Part shown: positions 23,901 through 32,000 of the stretch, one piece after another
Layout of the letters: each line of letters opens with the position of its first letter
Position numbering within the stretch: the stretch's first letter is position 1
Origin: Candidatus Omnitrophota bacterium
Lineage (GTDB): Bacteria; Omnitrophota; Gorgyraeia; 2-01-FULL-45-10
Direction of reading: 5' to 3'
Length of the DNA: 32,000 nt
Assembly (NCBI GenBank): GCA_023818895.1
Contig: JAMWCX010000001.1
Location: forward strand, 1-32,000
Position numbers and translations under genes: made by a program
The notes under the pieces: generated by a model
Databases searched by the model: none
Told to the model about the DNA's origin: nothing
The model's input: only the letters and a program-made list of their open reading frames with translations

Positions 23901-24688
23901 AGCGCGTTAAGCGCGGCGATGAGCTTCCGCCAGGAGTGCTTAAGAAGGTAAAGGTATATGTGGCCTCTAAGAAGAAGATATCAGTGGGCGATAAGATGGC
24001 CGGTCGTCACGGCAATAAGGGAGTGATAGCGAAGATACTGCCAGAAGAGGATATGCCGTATCTGGATGACGGCACGCCTGTGGAAATAGTGTTGAACCCC
24101 CTTGGAGTCCCCAGCCGAATGAACGTCGGTCAGATACTCGAAACGCATCTTGGTTGGGCTGCCAAAGTGCTTGGTTTTCAGGTGTCCAGCCCTGTGTTTG
24201 ACGGCGCGACTGAGAAGGAGATCAAGGAAGAGATGAAGAAGGCCGGTCTCCCAGTCGAAGGGAAGGTTACAGTTCGCGATGGTTTTACCGGCAAGCCGTT
24301 TGATCAGAAGGTAACGGTTGGCTACATCTATATGATGAAGCTCGCTCATCTGGTAGATGACAAAATACATGCCAGGTCCATAGGACCGTATTCGCTTGTG
24401 ACTCAGCAGCCGCTCGGTGGAAAGGCCCAGTTCGGCGGCCAGAGGTTCGGCGAGATGGAGGTTTGGGCTCTTGAAGCCTATGGTGCGGCATTTACTCTGC
24501 AGGAGCTTCTCACCGTAAAGTCAGATGACGTTCTCGGCAGGACAAAGATATATGAAGCGATAGTTAAGGGCGATAATAAACTGCAACCAGGCACGCCAGA
24601 ATCGTTTAACGTTCTCGTGAAGGAGTTGCAGTCGCTCGGCCTGGAGATAAAGATGGAGAAGAGAGCCATTGAAGAGAAGGGAAAGTAG
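20981..24688 (+). CDS. rpoB: DNA-directed RNA polymerase beta subunit
   Basis: 1235 aa. Conserved rif-cluster region (...[34 protein letters not shown]...) and C-terminal [13 protein letters not shown]. Confidence 0.98.
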   Translation: MAKRKSYAKIEECYRLPNLLDVQLKSYQEFLQADVPKTKRENKGLESAFREVFPIESPDGEYKLEYLSYSIGKPKYDIIECKKRGVSYAGSLRAMIRLKSKKETKEQEVYLGEMPLMTDTGTFIINGDERVVVSQLHRSPGISFESEPHPTGKNIFSARIIPYRGAWVEFEFDINDLLYVYVDRRRKFLATELLRVFGYETDESILKALCGVESHELSRSAQLEKLIGMILAKDVVDKETNVTIAEKLEKITQEIADKIWASSVRRVDVLVNPIPEIINTLKKDNTRNKVEAMIDICRKLRPGDPPTPESAANLIERLFFDTKRYDLGDVGRYILNRKLDMKVSLDERLITPATLVRVIQRLVEVKNGRGNTDDIDHLGNRRVRCSGELLLNQIRIGLARMERSCRERMNIYDLSNVMPHNLINAKLISGVIRDFFGRSQLSQFLDQTNPLAEMTHKRRVSALGPGGLNRERAGFEVRDVHYSHYGRLCPIETPEGPNIGLIASLSTYSRINEFGFIETPYRKVENGKVTDKIEYLSADIEDLYTIAQANAKIDSKGNFIEDKVFCRFKDDFIKASPKDVQYMDVSPRQLVSVAASLIPFLEHDDANRALMGSNMQRQAVPLLYTEAPLIGTGMEYRTAKDSGAVVIAHNEGTVTSVDSSEILISGKTYKLKKFERSNANTCVNQRPLVRLGDKVKEGQVIADGPATKDGELALGKNVLVAFMPWRGYNFEDAILINEKLVAEDVYTSVHIEEFEIEARDTRLGNEEITRDIPNVGEEALKDLDEEGIIRVGAQVEPGDILVGKVTPKSETELSPEEKLLRAIFGEKAGDVRDSSLIAPPGVEGIVVDVRIFSRRDARSKTKEERTKENKEIKALEESFGAQIDKIKEEKYRKLHKLLAGQRLAAGILDQESGRALMSQGRTIRIKDIKRIVEKGDLDTIKLNNPEVEQEIGRIARLLDSQIEELSFELEREIERVKRGDELPPGVLKKVKVYVASKKKISVGDKMAGRHGNKGVIAKILPEEDMPYLDDGTPVEIVLNPLGVPSRMNVGQILETHLGWAAKVLGFQVSSPVFDGATEKEIKEEMKKAGLPVEGKVTVRDGFTGKPFDQKVTVGYIYMMKLAHLVDDKIHARSIGPYSLVTQQPLGGKAQFGGQRFGEMEVWALEAYGAAFTLQELLTVKSDDVLGRTKIYEAIVKGDNKLQPGTPESFNVLVKELQSLGLEIKMEKRAIEEKGK

Positions 24689-24692
24689 ATAG

Positions 24693-27600
24693 ATGATAGA
24701 CGAGGTAACCCCATTTAACGCTATAACGATCAAGATCGCCTCACCGCAGATTATACGCGGCTGGTCTAAGGGCGAGGTAAAGAAACCGGAGACTATCAAC
24801 TACCGAACTTTGAAGCCCGAGAAGGATGGCTTATTCTGCGAGCGGATATTTGGGCCCACCAAGGATTACGAGTGCAACTGCGGAAAATATAAAAGGATAA
24901 AGCACAAGGGTATAGTATGCGATCGCTGCGGTGTTGAGGTGACTCGCTCAAGTGTCAGGCGTGAGCGTATGGGTCACATAGAGCTTGCCTGTCCGGTCTC
25001 GCATGTATGGTTCTTCAAAGTCATGCCATCACGTATGGGGGCATTGCTCGGCATAACCAGCAGGGATCTTGAGAAGGTGCTTTACTACGAGGAGTATATT
25101 GTCATAGATCCGGGTGAGACAGCTCTTAAGAAGCTGGATCTTCTTTCGGAAGAGCGATATAGGGAATTCAGGGAGAAATTCGGGCAGAAATTCACGGCGA
25201 AGATGGGAGCCGAAGCGATAAAGGAGCTTCTCAAGGACATAGATCTTGACAAGATGGCCTCAAGGCTTAAGAAGGAGATAAAGGATTCTAAGTCCGAGAA
25301 TTCACAGAAGAAGGCTGCGAAGCTGCTTAGGATAGTCGAGGCGTTCAAGGGCTCTGGTAACAAACCCGAATGGATGATTCTGGATGTGTTGCCGGTTATA
25401 CCTCCTGATTTGAGACCACTTGTGCCCCTTGACGGCGGAAGATTCGCCACATCCGATCTTAATGACCTATACAGACGCGTCATCAACAGGAATAACAGGT
25501 TGAAGAAGCTCATAGAGCTCAAGGCGCCGGAGATAATCATACGAAACGAAAAACGTATGCTTCAGGAGGCGGTAGACGCCCTATTTGATAATGGCCGCCA
25601 TGGCAAGTCTGTGCTTGGTCCAGGCAATAGACCGCTTAAGTCGCTGTCAGATATGTTGAAAGGCAAGCAGGGTCGTTTCCGCCAGAATCTTCTAGGTAAG
25701 AGGGTTGACTATTCCGGCAGAAGCGTTATTGTCGTGGGACCGGAGCTTAAGCTTAATGAGTGCGGCCTTCCGAAAAAGATGGCTCTTGAGCTTTACGAAC
25801 CGTTCATAATAAAGAAGCTCAAGGAGAAAGGGTTTGTTCACACGATAAAGAGCGCCAAGAAGATGGTCGAAAAAGCCAAGCTTGAAGTATGGGACATACT
25901 GGACGATGTTATCAAGGACCATCCGGTAATGCTGAACCGCGCTCCTACGCTGCACAGGCTCGGCATACAGGCTTTCCAGCCGGTCCTTATAGAAGGCAAT
26001 GCCATAAGGATACATCCGCTGGTTTGCACCGCTTTTAACGCGGACTTCGATGGGGATCAGATGGCTGTGCACGTTCCTCTTTCTATAGAGGCACAAATGG
26101 AGTGCAAGCTTCTTATGTTGTCGACCAACAATATCTTTTCTCCGGCTGATGGCCGCCCAATAACAAGCCCTACTCAGGACATAGTTCTTGGGTGCTACTA
26201 CATCACAAAGGAGAAGCCTGGCGATAAGGGAGAGGGGAAGTATTTCTCATCTCCCGAAGAGGTCGTCATAGCTTACGATGACGAAGAGGTGGGGTTGCAC
26301 GCTAAGATAAAGGTCAATGTGGAAGGAAAGATTATAGAGACAACCGTGGGTAGGGTCCTTTTTAACCTTCAACTGCCGGAAGGCGTTGGATTTTTCAACA
26401 ACACTATGTCTAAGTCTAAACTTTCACAGACGATTCACGCTTGCTACAAACTCAAAGGGCACCAGAGCGTTGTGAAGCTACTGGACAACCTCAAGAGGCT
26501 CGGTTTTGAAGAGGCGACAAAAGCGGGTCTCTCCATATCTATAGATGACCTGCAGATACCGGCGAAGAAGGATGAATATCTGAAACGCACAAAAGAAGAT
26601 GTTGAACACATTGAGGACCAGTATAAGAAAGGTCTTATTACCGACAGAGAAAGATACAACAAGATCATTGACCTATGGACACATACTACTGAAGATGTCT
26701 CCGATCTGATATTCCAGGAATTAGATCCTTTTAATCCAATATTCATGATGGCCGATTCCGGCGCGAGGGGTTCCAAGCTACAGATAAGGCAGCTGGCTGG
26801 CATGAGAGGTCTTATGGCCAAACCTTCCGGAGAAATCCTAGAGACGCCGATTACCGCCAACTTCCGTGAGGGTCTTACTGTTCTTGAATACTTCATATCA
26901 ACGCACGGCGCCAGAAAGGGCCTTGCCGATACCGCGCTAAAAACTGCCGATTCCGGTTATCTTACCAGAAGGCTTGTCGATGTGGCGCAGGACGTCATTA
27001 TTACGGAAGAGGATTGCGGGACGGTTAATGGCATACTTATAGGTGCTATCATAGAGGGCGATGAGACTGTCGTAAAGCTTTCAGAGAGGATAATAGGAAG
27101 AGTTGCCCTGGATAACATAGCCGATGTCATAACTGACACAGTACTTGTGGAGGCCGGAACCGAGATAACAGAGGAGAAAGCCCAGCGGATCGAAGAAGCG
27201 GGTATCGAGAAGATAAAGATACGAAGCGTTCTGACATGCGAATCAGAGCATGGCGTCTGCGCCAAATGCTACGGACGCAACTTAGCTACGGGCAGGATGG
27301 TTGAACTTGGCGAGGCGGTCGGAATCATAGCAGCACAATCAATAGGCGAGCCGGGAACACAGCTTACCATGCGGACGTTCCATATCGGCGGAACAGCATC
27401 AAGAATAGTGGAGCAGTCTTTTATAGAATCCAAATATAAAGGTGTGGTCAAATATCATAACCTGAAAGTAGTTGAGACCAAGAAGGAAGGCGAGCTGGTA
27501 GTGTTGAATCGTAATGGCCAGATAAGCATAAACGACAGCCAGGGAAGAGAGCTTGAGCGCCATAATGTTCCGCATGGAGCTATCCTGAGGTGTAAAGATG

Positions 27601-28727
27601 GCGACGTAATCGAGGCCGGATCGATATTTGTCAAGTGGGATCCTTATACCGTTCCCATACTTACCGAAGTAACCGGCAAGGTAAAGTTTGAGGATATCAA
27701 GGAAGGCGTTACGATGAAAGAGGAGCTTGACCCTGAAACGAAACTCAAGAATAGGGTCATAGTTGAGCACAAAGGCGACTACCATCCCGAGATATTAATA
27801 CTCGACAAAGAAGACGCGGTGCTCGCTATATATCCAATACCAGCGGGGGCACACATAGTTGTCCACGACGGCAAGTCTGTTATGGCCGGAGAGATACTTG
27901 CGAAGACGCCGAGGGTTATTACCAAAACCAAGGATATCACAGGAGGTCTTCCCAGGGTCGCAGAGCTTTTTGAGGCCCGCAGACCGAAAGACCCAGCTAT
28001 TATAAGCGAGATAGACGGCATAGTCGAGTTTGGGGAGTCAAAGAAGGGGCAGAAGAGGGTAATAATCAAATCGGCTACCGGAATGAAAAAGGAATACCTT
28101 ATACCGCATGGCAAGCATCTCAATGTCTACAAAGGGGACAAGGTATATTCTGGTCAGCAGCTGGTAGACGGACCTGTGGTCCTGCAAGATATCTTGCGGG
28201 TTTCCGGAGACAAGAAACTTCAGGAGTATCTCGTTAATGAAGTCCAGGAAGTCTACAGGCTTCAGGGCGTCAATATAAACGACAAGCATATAGAGGTAAT
28301 AGTAAGGCAAATGCTTCGCAAGGTGAAGATAAAAGACCCCGGCGATACGATATTTCTTGTAGGCCAACAGGTAGATAAGAGTGTCTATCTTGAGGAAAAC
28401 AAGAGGGTTGTAAAGAAGAAGGGCAAGCCCGCAAGCGCTGATCCGGTACTATTGGGTATAACTAAAGCCTCTTTGAGCACGGAAAGCTTTATATCTGCGG
28501 CAAGCTTCCAGGAGACAACCAGGGTTCTTACGGATGCCGCGACGAGCGGGAGAACCGATTTTTTAAGGGGTCTTAAAGAGAATATAATAATGGGTCATCT
28601 GATACCTGCAGGCACAGGTTTTTCAGAGCACAGAAATATATCTATTGTAAAGCATGTTCTGGAATCATCGAGCAAGGAAAGCGCTGAGAAGCGTGAAAAA
28701 GCTGAAACTGTGGAGGAGAAAAAATAA
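24693..28727 (+). CDS. rpoC: DNA-directed RNA polymerase beta' subunit
   Basis: 1344 aa. Zn finger [23 protein letters not shown] and catalytic [12 protein letters not shown]. Starts 4 nt after the rpoB stop. Confidence 0.98.
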   Translation: MIDEVTPFNAITIKIASPQIIRGWSKGEVKKPETINYRTLKPEKDGLFCERIFGPTKDYECNCGKYKRIKHKGIVCDRCGVEVTRSSVRRERMGHIELACPVSHVWFFKVMPSRMGALLGITSRDLEKVLYYEEYIVIDPGETALKKLDLLSEERYREFREKFGQKFTAKMGAEAIKELLKDIDLDKMASRLKKEIKDSKSENSQKKAAKLLRIVEAFKGSGNKPEWMILDVLPVIPPDLRPLVPLDGGRFATSDLNDLYRRVINRNNRLKKLIELKAPEIIIRNEKRMLQEAVDALFDNGRHGKSVLGPGNRPLKSLSDMLKGKQGRFRQNLLGKRVDYSGRSVIVVGPELKLNECGLPKKMALELYEPFIIKKLKEKGFVHTIKSAKKMVEKAKLEVWDILDDVIKDHPVMLNRAPTLHRLGIQAFQPVLIEGNAIRIHPLVCTAFNADFDGDQMAVHVPLSIEAQMECKLLMLSTNNIFSPADGRPITSPTQDIVLGCYYITKEKPGDKGEGKYFSSPEEVVIAYDDEEVGLHAKIKVNVEGKIIETTVGRVLFNLQLPEGVGFFNNTMSKSKLSQTIHACYKLKGHQSVVKLLDNLKRLGFEEATKAGLSISIDDLQIPAKKDEYLKRTKEDVEHIEDQYKKGLITDRERYNKIIDLWTHTTEDVSDLIFQELDPFNPIFMMADSGARGSKLQIRQLAGMRGLMAKPSGEILETPITANFREGLTVLEYFISTHGARKGLADTALKTADSGYLTRRLVDVAQDVIITEEDCGTVNGILIGAIIEGDETVVKLSERIIGRVALDNIADVITDTVLVEAGTEITEEKAQRIEEAGIEKIKIRSVLTCESEHGVCAKCYGRNLATGRMVELGEAVGIIAAQSIGEPGTQLTMRTFHIGGTASRIVEQSFIESKYKGVVKYHNLKVVETKKEGELVVLNRNGQISINDSQGRELERHNVPHGAILRCKDGDVIEAGSIFVKWDPYTVPILTEVTGKVKFEDIKEGVTMKEELDPETKLKNRVIVEHKGDYHPEILILDKEDAVLAIYPIPAGAHIVVHDGKSVMAGEILAKTPRVITKTKDITGGLPRVAELFEARRPKDPAIISEIDGIVEFGESKKGQKRVIIKSATGMKKEYLIPHGKHLNVYKGDKVYSGQQLVDGPVVLQDILRVSGDKKLQEYLVNEVQEVYRLQGVNINDKHIEVIVRQMLRKVKIKDPGDTIFLVGQQVDKSVYLEENKRVVKKKGKPASADPVLLGITKASLSTESFISAASFQETTRVLTDAATSGRTDFLRGLKENIIMGHLIPAGTGFSEHRNISIVKHVLESSSKESAEKREKAETVEEKK

Positions 28728-28743
28728 TTAAGGAAAATACACG

Positions 28744-29142
28744 ATGCCGACTATAAGTCAGATCATAAGATTAGGAAGAGAGAGGTTTAAGAACAGGTCC
28801 AAGTCGCCGGCCCTAAGAGGATGTCCGCAGAGACGCGGTGTATGTCTGCAGGTCAGGACACAGACACCGAAAAAACCAAACTCCGCGTTGAGAAAAGTGG
28901 CAAGGGTCAGGCTCACCAACGGCATCGAGGTAACTTCCTATATCCCAGGCGTCGGTCACAATCTTCAGGAACACTCAATAGTTCTTGTTAGAGGCGGTAG
29001 GGTCAAAGACCTGCCGGGTGTCAGATATCATATAGTTAGAGGTGTGCTCGATACGGCCGGAGTTGCGGACAGGAAGAAGTCCCGTTCAAAATACGGAGCT
29101 AAGCGGCCCAAAGAAAAGGCGGCGGGAGCGAAAGGAGCTTAA
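28744..29142 (+). CDS. rpsL: Ribosomal protein S12
   Basis: 132 aa. ...[38 protein letters not shown]... with a short Lys/Ala-rich C-terminal extension. Confidence 0.97.
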   Translation: MPTISQIIRLGRERFKNRSKSPALRGCPQRRGVCLQVRTQTPKKPNSALRKVARVRLTNGIEVTSYIPGVGHNLQEHSIVLVRGGRVKDLPGVRYHIVRGVLDTAGVADRKKSRSKYGAKRPKEKAAGAKGA

Positions 29143-29153
29143 GGCGAAAGGTT

Positions 29154-29621
29154 ATGAGAAGAAGAAGGGCTGAAAAAAGAGAAGTTATACCGGACCCCAA
29201 ATACAAGAATGTTATGGTGGCCCGCTTTATAAATACCATAATGGCACAAGGCAAAAAGTCCATCGCCGAAAAGATAGTATACAAGTCGTTCGACATACTG
29301 GCACAGAAGACCGGTAAGCCCCCTGTTGAGGTTTTTCAAAAGGCCCTTGATAATACCAGGCCGCTTTTAGAGATAAAGCCAAGAAGAATAGGCGGCGCAA
29401 CATACCAAGTGCCTATAGATGTTAAAAGCGAACGCGGAATAGCGATAGCTATGAGGTGGATAAGAAATTTCGCCCGCGCCAAGAAGGGTAAACCCATGGA
29501 AGTGAAGCTTGCCGATGAGCTTTTGGATGCGTATAACGGGCAGGGCTCCGCCGTAAAAAAGAGAGACGATACGCACAAGATGGCCGAGGCAAATAAGGCC
29601 TTCGCGCATTATAGATGGTAA
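29154..29621 (+). CDS. rpsG: Ribosomal protein S7
   Basis: 155 aa. S7 pattern (...[31 protein letters not shown]...). Confidence 0.97.
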   Translation: MRRRRAEKREVIPDPKYKNVMVARFINTIMAQGKKSIAEKIVYKSFDILAQKTGKPPVEVFQKALDNTRPLLEIKPRRIGGATYQVPIDVKSERGIAIAMRWIRNFARAKKGKPMEVKLADELLDAYNGQGSAVKKRDDTHKMAEANKAFAHYRW

Positions 29622-29629
29622 TAGGATTA

Positions 29630-29689
29630 ATTTCAAAATAATGATGCAAATATCAAAATTATATATAAAAATTCAGAATTGGACAGATG
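29630..29689 (+). promoter_or_regulatory. Three direct copies of an AAWWTCARAAT motif phased at exactly 20 bp in the rpsG-fusA spacer
   Basis: AATTTCAAAAT (29630-29640), AATATCAAAAT (29650-29660), AAATTCAGAAT (29670-29680). The first copy is identical to the right arm of the acsB-upstream palindrome (10751-10761). Confidence 0.45.
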
Positions 29690-29719
29690 GAACAACTTCT
29701 CGCAGCAGATAAGATTAAA

Positions 29720-31810
29720 ATGGCTAAAGACGCGCGCCTGGAAAATATAAGGAATATCGGTATAATAGCGCATATCGATGCCGGTAAGACGACTACTACC
29801 GAGAGGATGCTTTATTTCACCGGTAAGGTCTACAAGATCGGAACCGTTGATGAGGGCACTGCCGTAATGGATTGGATGGTGCAGGAGCAGGAGCGCGGTA
29901 TTACAATCACAAGCGCCGCTACCACCTGTTTCTGGAAGCAAAAGAATATCAATATCATAGATACTCCCGGCCATGTCGATTTTACGGTTGAGGTCGAAAG
30001 GTCCCTTAAGGTGCTGGATGGCGCGGTGATAGTATTGTGCGCTGTAGGCGGCGTTCAGCCACAATCTGAGACGGTGTGGCGCCAGGCGGACAAGTACCGC
30101 GTGCCGAGGATAGCGTTCGTTAACAAGATGGACAGGACAGGAGCGGACTTCTTCAAAGTTGTTGAACAGATGCGGGAGCGGCTCGGCGCTAATCCAATAC
30201 CACTGCAGATACCGATAGGGTCGGAAAACGCTTTTCTGGGGATGATAGACCTTATAACTATGAAGGCTATCATTTACAAAGGCGATGAGGGCACTTCTGG
30301 TTACGACGTTACGGAAATACCGGGAGACCTAAAGAAACAGGCAAGCCATTACCGTCATAATCTGATAGAAAAGCTTGGAGAAATCGATGAGACGGTTCTT
30401 GAAAAGTATATACATGATCAAGGGATATACCCGAGCGAGATACGCGAATGCATAAGAAAGGCGACTATTAACGGCAAGATGATACCTGTCCTGTGCGGAG
30501 CGTCAGCCAAGAACAAAGGTATTCAACCACTGCTGGACGGAATAACTGACTACCTGCCTTCCCCTCTCGATATTCCGCCGGTAAAAGGCACCAATCCCCG
30601 GACGGGCGGGGAAATAACGAGACAGACATCTTCGGAGGAGAAGCTATGCGGTCTTGTATTCAAGATAAAATCCGATCCTTTTGTAGGTAAACTTGCTTAC
30701 GCAAGGATATACTCTGGTGTCTTGAGACCGGGCGAATATGCTTACAATTCCACCAAAGATATCAAGGAGAGGGTTGGGAAGATACTTAGGATGCACGCCA
30801 ATAAGCAGGAGATAGTTGATAAGGCCGAGGCTGGCGACATCGTTGCTCTGGTGGGGCTTAAAGAGACGACTACAGGCGAGACGATATGTGATGAGGATAA
30901 TCCGATCATCCTTGAATCGATGCATTTCCCGGAACCTGTTATATCGATGGCGATAGAGCCCAAGACTAAGGCTGATCAGGAGAAGCTGGGCATAGCCCTC
31001 AACAAGCTTTGTGACGAGGATCCTACTTTCAGGGTAAGGTATGATAAAGAGACCGGACAGACTATCATAAGTGGCATGGGCGAGCTTCATCTCGAGATAA
31101 TAATAGACAGGATGCTCCGGGAGTTCAATGTGGCAGCGAGTGTCGACAAGCCGCAAGTTGCGTATAAGGAAACTATAACAAGGCAGGTGAGGGCCGTTGG
31201 CAAATTTATACAGCAAACAGGCGGTAGGGGCCAATATGGACACGTCGTGCTTGATATAATGCCGGGGCGGAAAGGCAGCGGCATATCTTTCGAGTCAAAG
31301 ATAATAGGTGGCGCGGTTCCGAAGGAATACATACCCGCCGTGAAGGAGGGCGTCATCGAGGCCGCGCAGAGCGGCTCTCTGGCGGGTTATCCGGTTACCG
31401 ATGTTGAGGTCAAGCTCGTTGATGGCTCTTTTCATGAGGTTGATTCTTCTGATTTGGCGTTCCATATGGCCGGTGTAATAGCTTTTAACGAAGGACTGAA
31501 AAATGGCGGCTCTATACTTCTTGAGCCGATAATGAGCCTCGAGGTTGTTACGCCAGAAAATTACATGGGAGATGTCATAGGGGACCTGAGTTCCCGACGA
31601 GTTAAAATAGATTCCATAACCGACAGGGCAAATACTAAGATAATAAAAGGTTTTGCCCCGCTTGGCGAGATGTTCGGATATGCCACAAGCTTAAGAAGCT
31701 TGACTCAAGGGCGGGCATCGTATACAATGGAGCCTTCGTTTTATCAGGAAGTACCGCGGAATTTAGCGGATAAAATAATAGAGTTGAGCGGAAGGGTTAA
31801 GAGAGGATGA
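29720..31810 (+). CDS. fusA: Elongation factor G
   Basis: G-domain motifs [17 protein letters not shown] and NKMD. ATG 29720 ([25 protein letters not shown]) puts the P-loop at the canonical distance from the N-terminus. The ORF track starts 11 codons earlier at 29687, which remains possible. Confidence 0.95.
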   Translation: MAKDARLENIRNIGIIAHIDAGKTTTTERMLYFTGKVYKIGTVDEGTAVMDWMVQEQERGITITSAATTCFWKQKNINIIDTPGHVDFTVEVERSLKVLDGAVIVLCAVGGVQPQSETVWRQADKYRVPRIAFVNKMDRTGADFFKVVEQMRERLGANPIPLQIPIGSENAFLGMIDLITMKAIIYKGDEGTSGYDVTEIPGDLKKQASHYRHNLIEKLGEIDETVLEKYIHDQGIYPSEIRECIRKATINGKMIPVLCGASAKNKGIQPLLDGITDYLPSPLDIPPVKGTNPRTGGEITRQTSSEEKLCGLVFKIKSDPFVGKLAYARIYSGVLRPGEYAYNSTKDIKERVGKILRMHANKQEIVDKAEAGDIVALVGLKETTTGETICDEDNPIILESMHFPEPVISMAIEPKTKADQEKLGIALNKLCDEDPTFRVRYDKETGQTIISGMGELHLEIIIDRMLREFNVAASVDKPQVAYKETITRQVRAVGKFIQQTGGRGQYGHVVLDIMPGRKGSGISFESKIIGGAVPKEYIPAVKEGVIEAAQSGSLAGYPVTDVEVKLVDGSFHEVDSSDLAFHMAGVIAFNEGLKNGGSILLEPIMSLEVVTPENYMGDVIGDLSSRRVKIDSITDRANTKIIKGFAPLGEMFGYATSLRSLTQGRASYTMEPSFYQEVPRNLADKIIELSGRVKRG

Positions 31811-31873
31811 GCCCCTTCACGTCACGGCCTTAAGGTTTTGTGTATGAGAAGGGCATAATTAAAAGGAGAGATT

Positions 31874-32000
31874 TATGGCAAAGGAAACGTTTGTAAGGTC
31901 AAAGCCTCACGTAAACGTAGGAACGATAGGCCACATCGACCACGGCAAGACAACGCTCACCGCGGCCATACTTGCGGTCCTTGCCAAAAAGGGCAAGGCA
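31874..32000 (+). CDS. tuf: Elongation factor Tu (copy 2), 3'-truncated by the window edge
   Basis: ATG 31874. All 127 visible nt, plus 5 nt upstream, are identical to 16208-16339 of copy 1. SD AAAGGAGAG. This is the classical str-operon position after fusA. Confidence 0.93.

Overview
Bacterial window in which every credible gene (27 CDS, 2 tRNAs) lies on the + strand. There are four blocks.
(1) 1-6550, accessory-looking. It holds a 5'-open giant YD/RHS-like beta-hairpin repeat protein built from six ~113-129-codon super-repeats. A 525-codon ORF with no recognisable domain overlaps its end, and its first ~45 codons continue the repeat in the +1 frame, so this may be a split or frameshifted gene. 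An AbiEi/AbiEii type IV toxin-antitoxin pair follows, behind its own near-consensus promoter.
(2) 6571-13035, Wood-Ljungdahl C1 genes: a tightly coupled fhs-fchA-folD-metF, then a full-length acsB. No acsA/cooS, acsCD, acsE or metV is in the window.
(3) 13.1-15.8 kb: a batD-like and a batE-like (TPR+SH3) pair.
(4) 15.8-32.0 kb, translation/transcription supercluster: strong promoter, long leader, tRNA-Thr(GGU), tuf, rpmG, tRNA-Trp(CCA), secE, nusG, rplK-rplA-rplJ-rplL, rpoB, rpoC, rpsL, rpsG, fusA, and the start of a second tuf whose 5' end is identical to the first.
Non-coding signals that annotation does not explain:
- arrays of GTAAnnn heptads directly after the acsB, rplK and rplL stop codons;
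- a perfect 23-bp palindrome upstream of acsB, sharing an 11-mer with a 20-bp-phased triple repeat upstream of fusA;
- a four-segment alternative-pairing arrangement between tRNA-Thr and tuf.
No CRISPR array, rRNA, transposase or integrase was seen. All function calls rest on motif recognition in the supplied translations. No database search was run.
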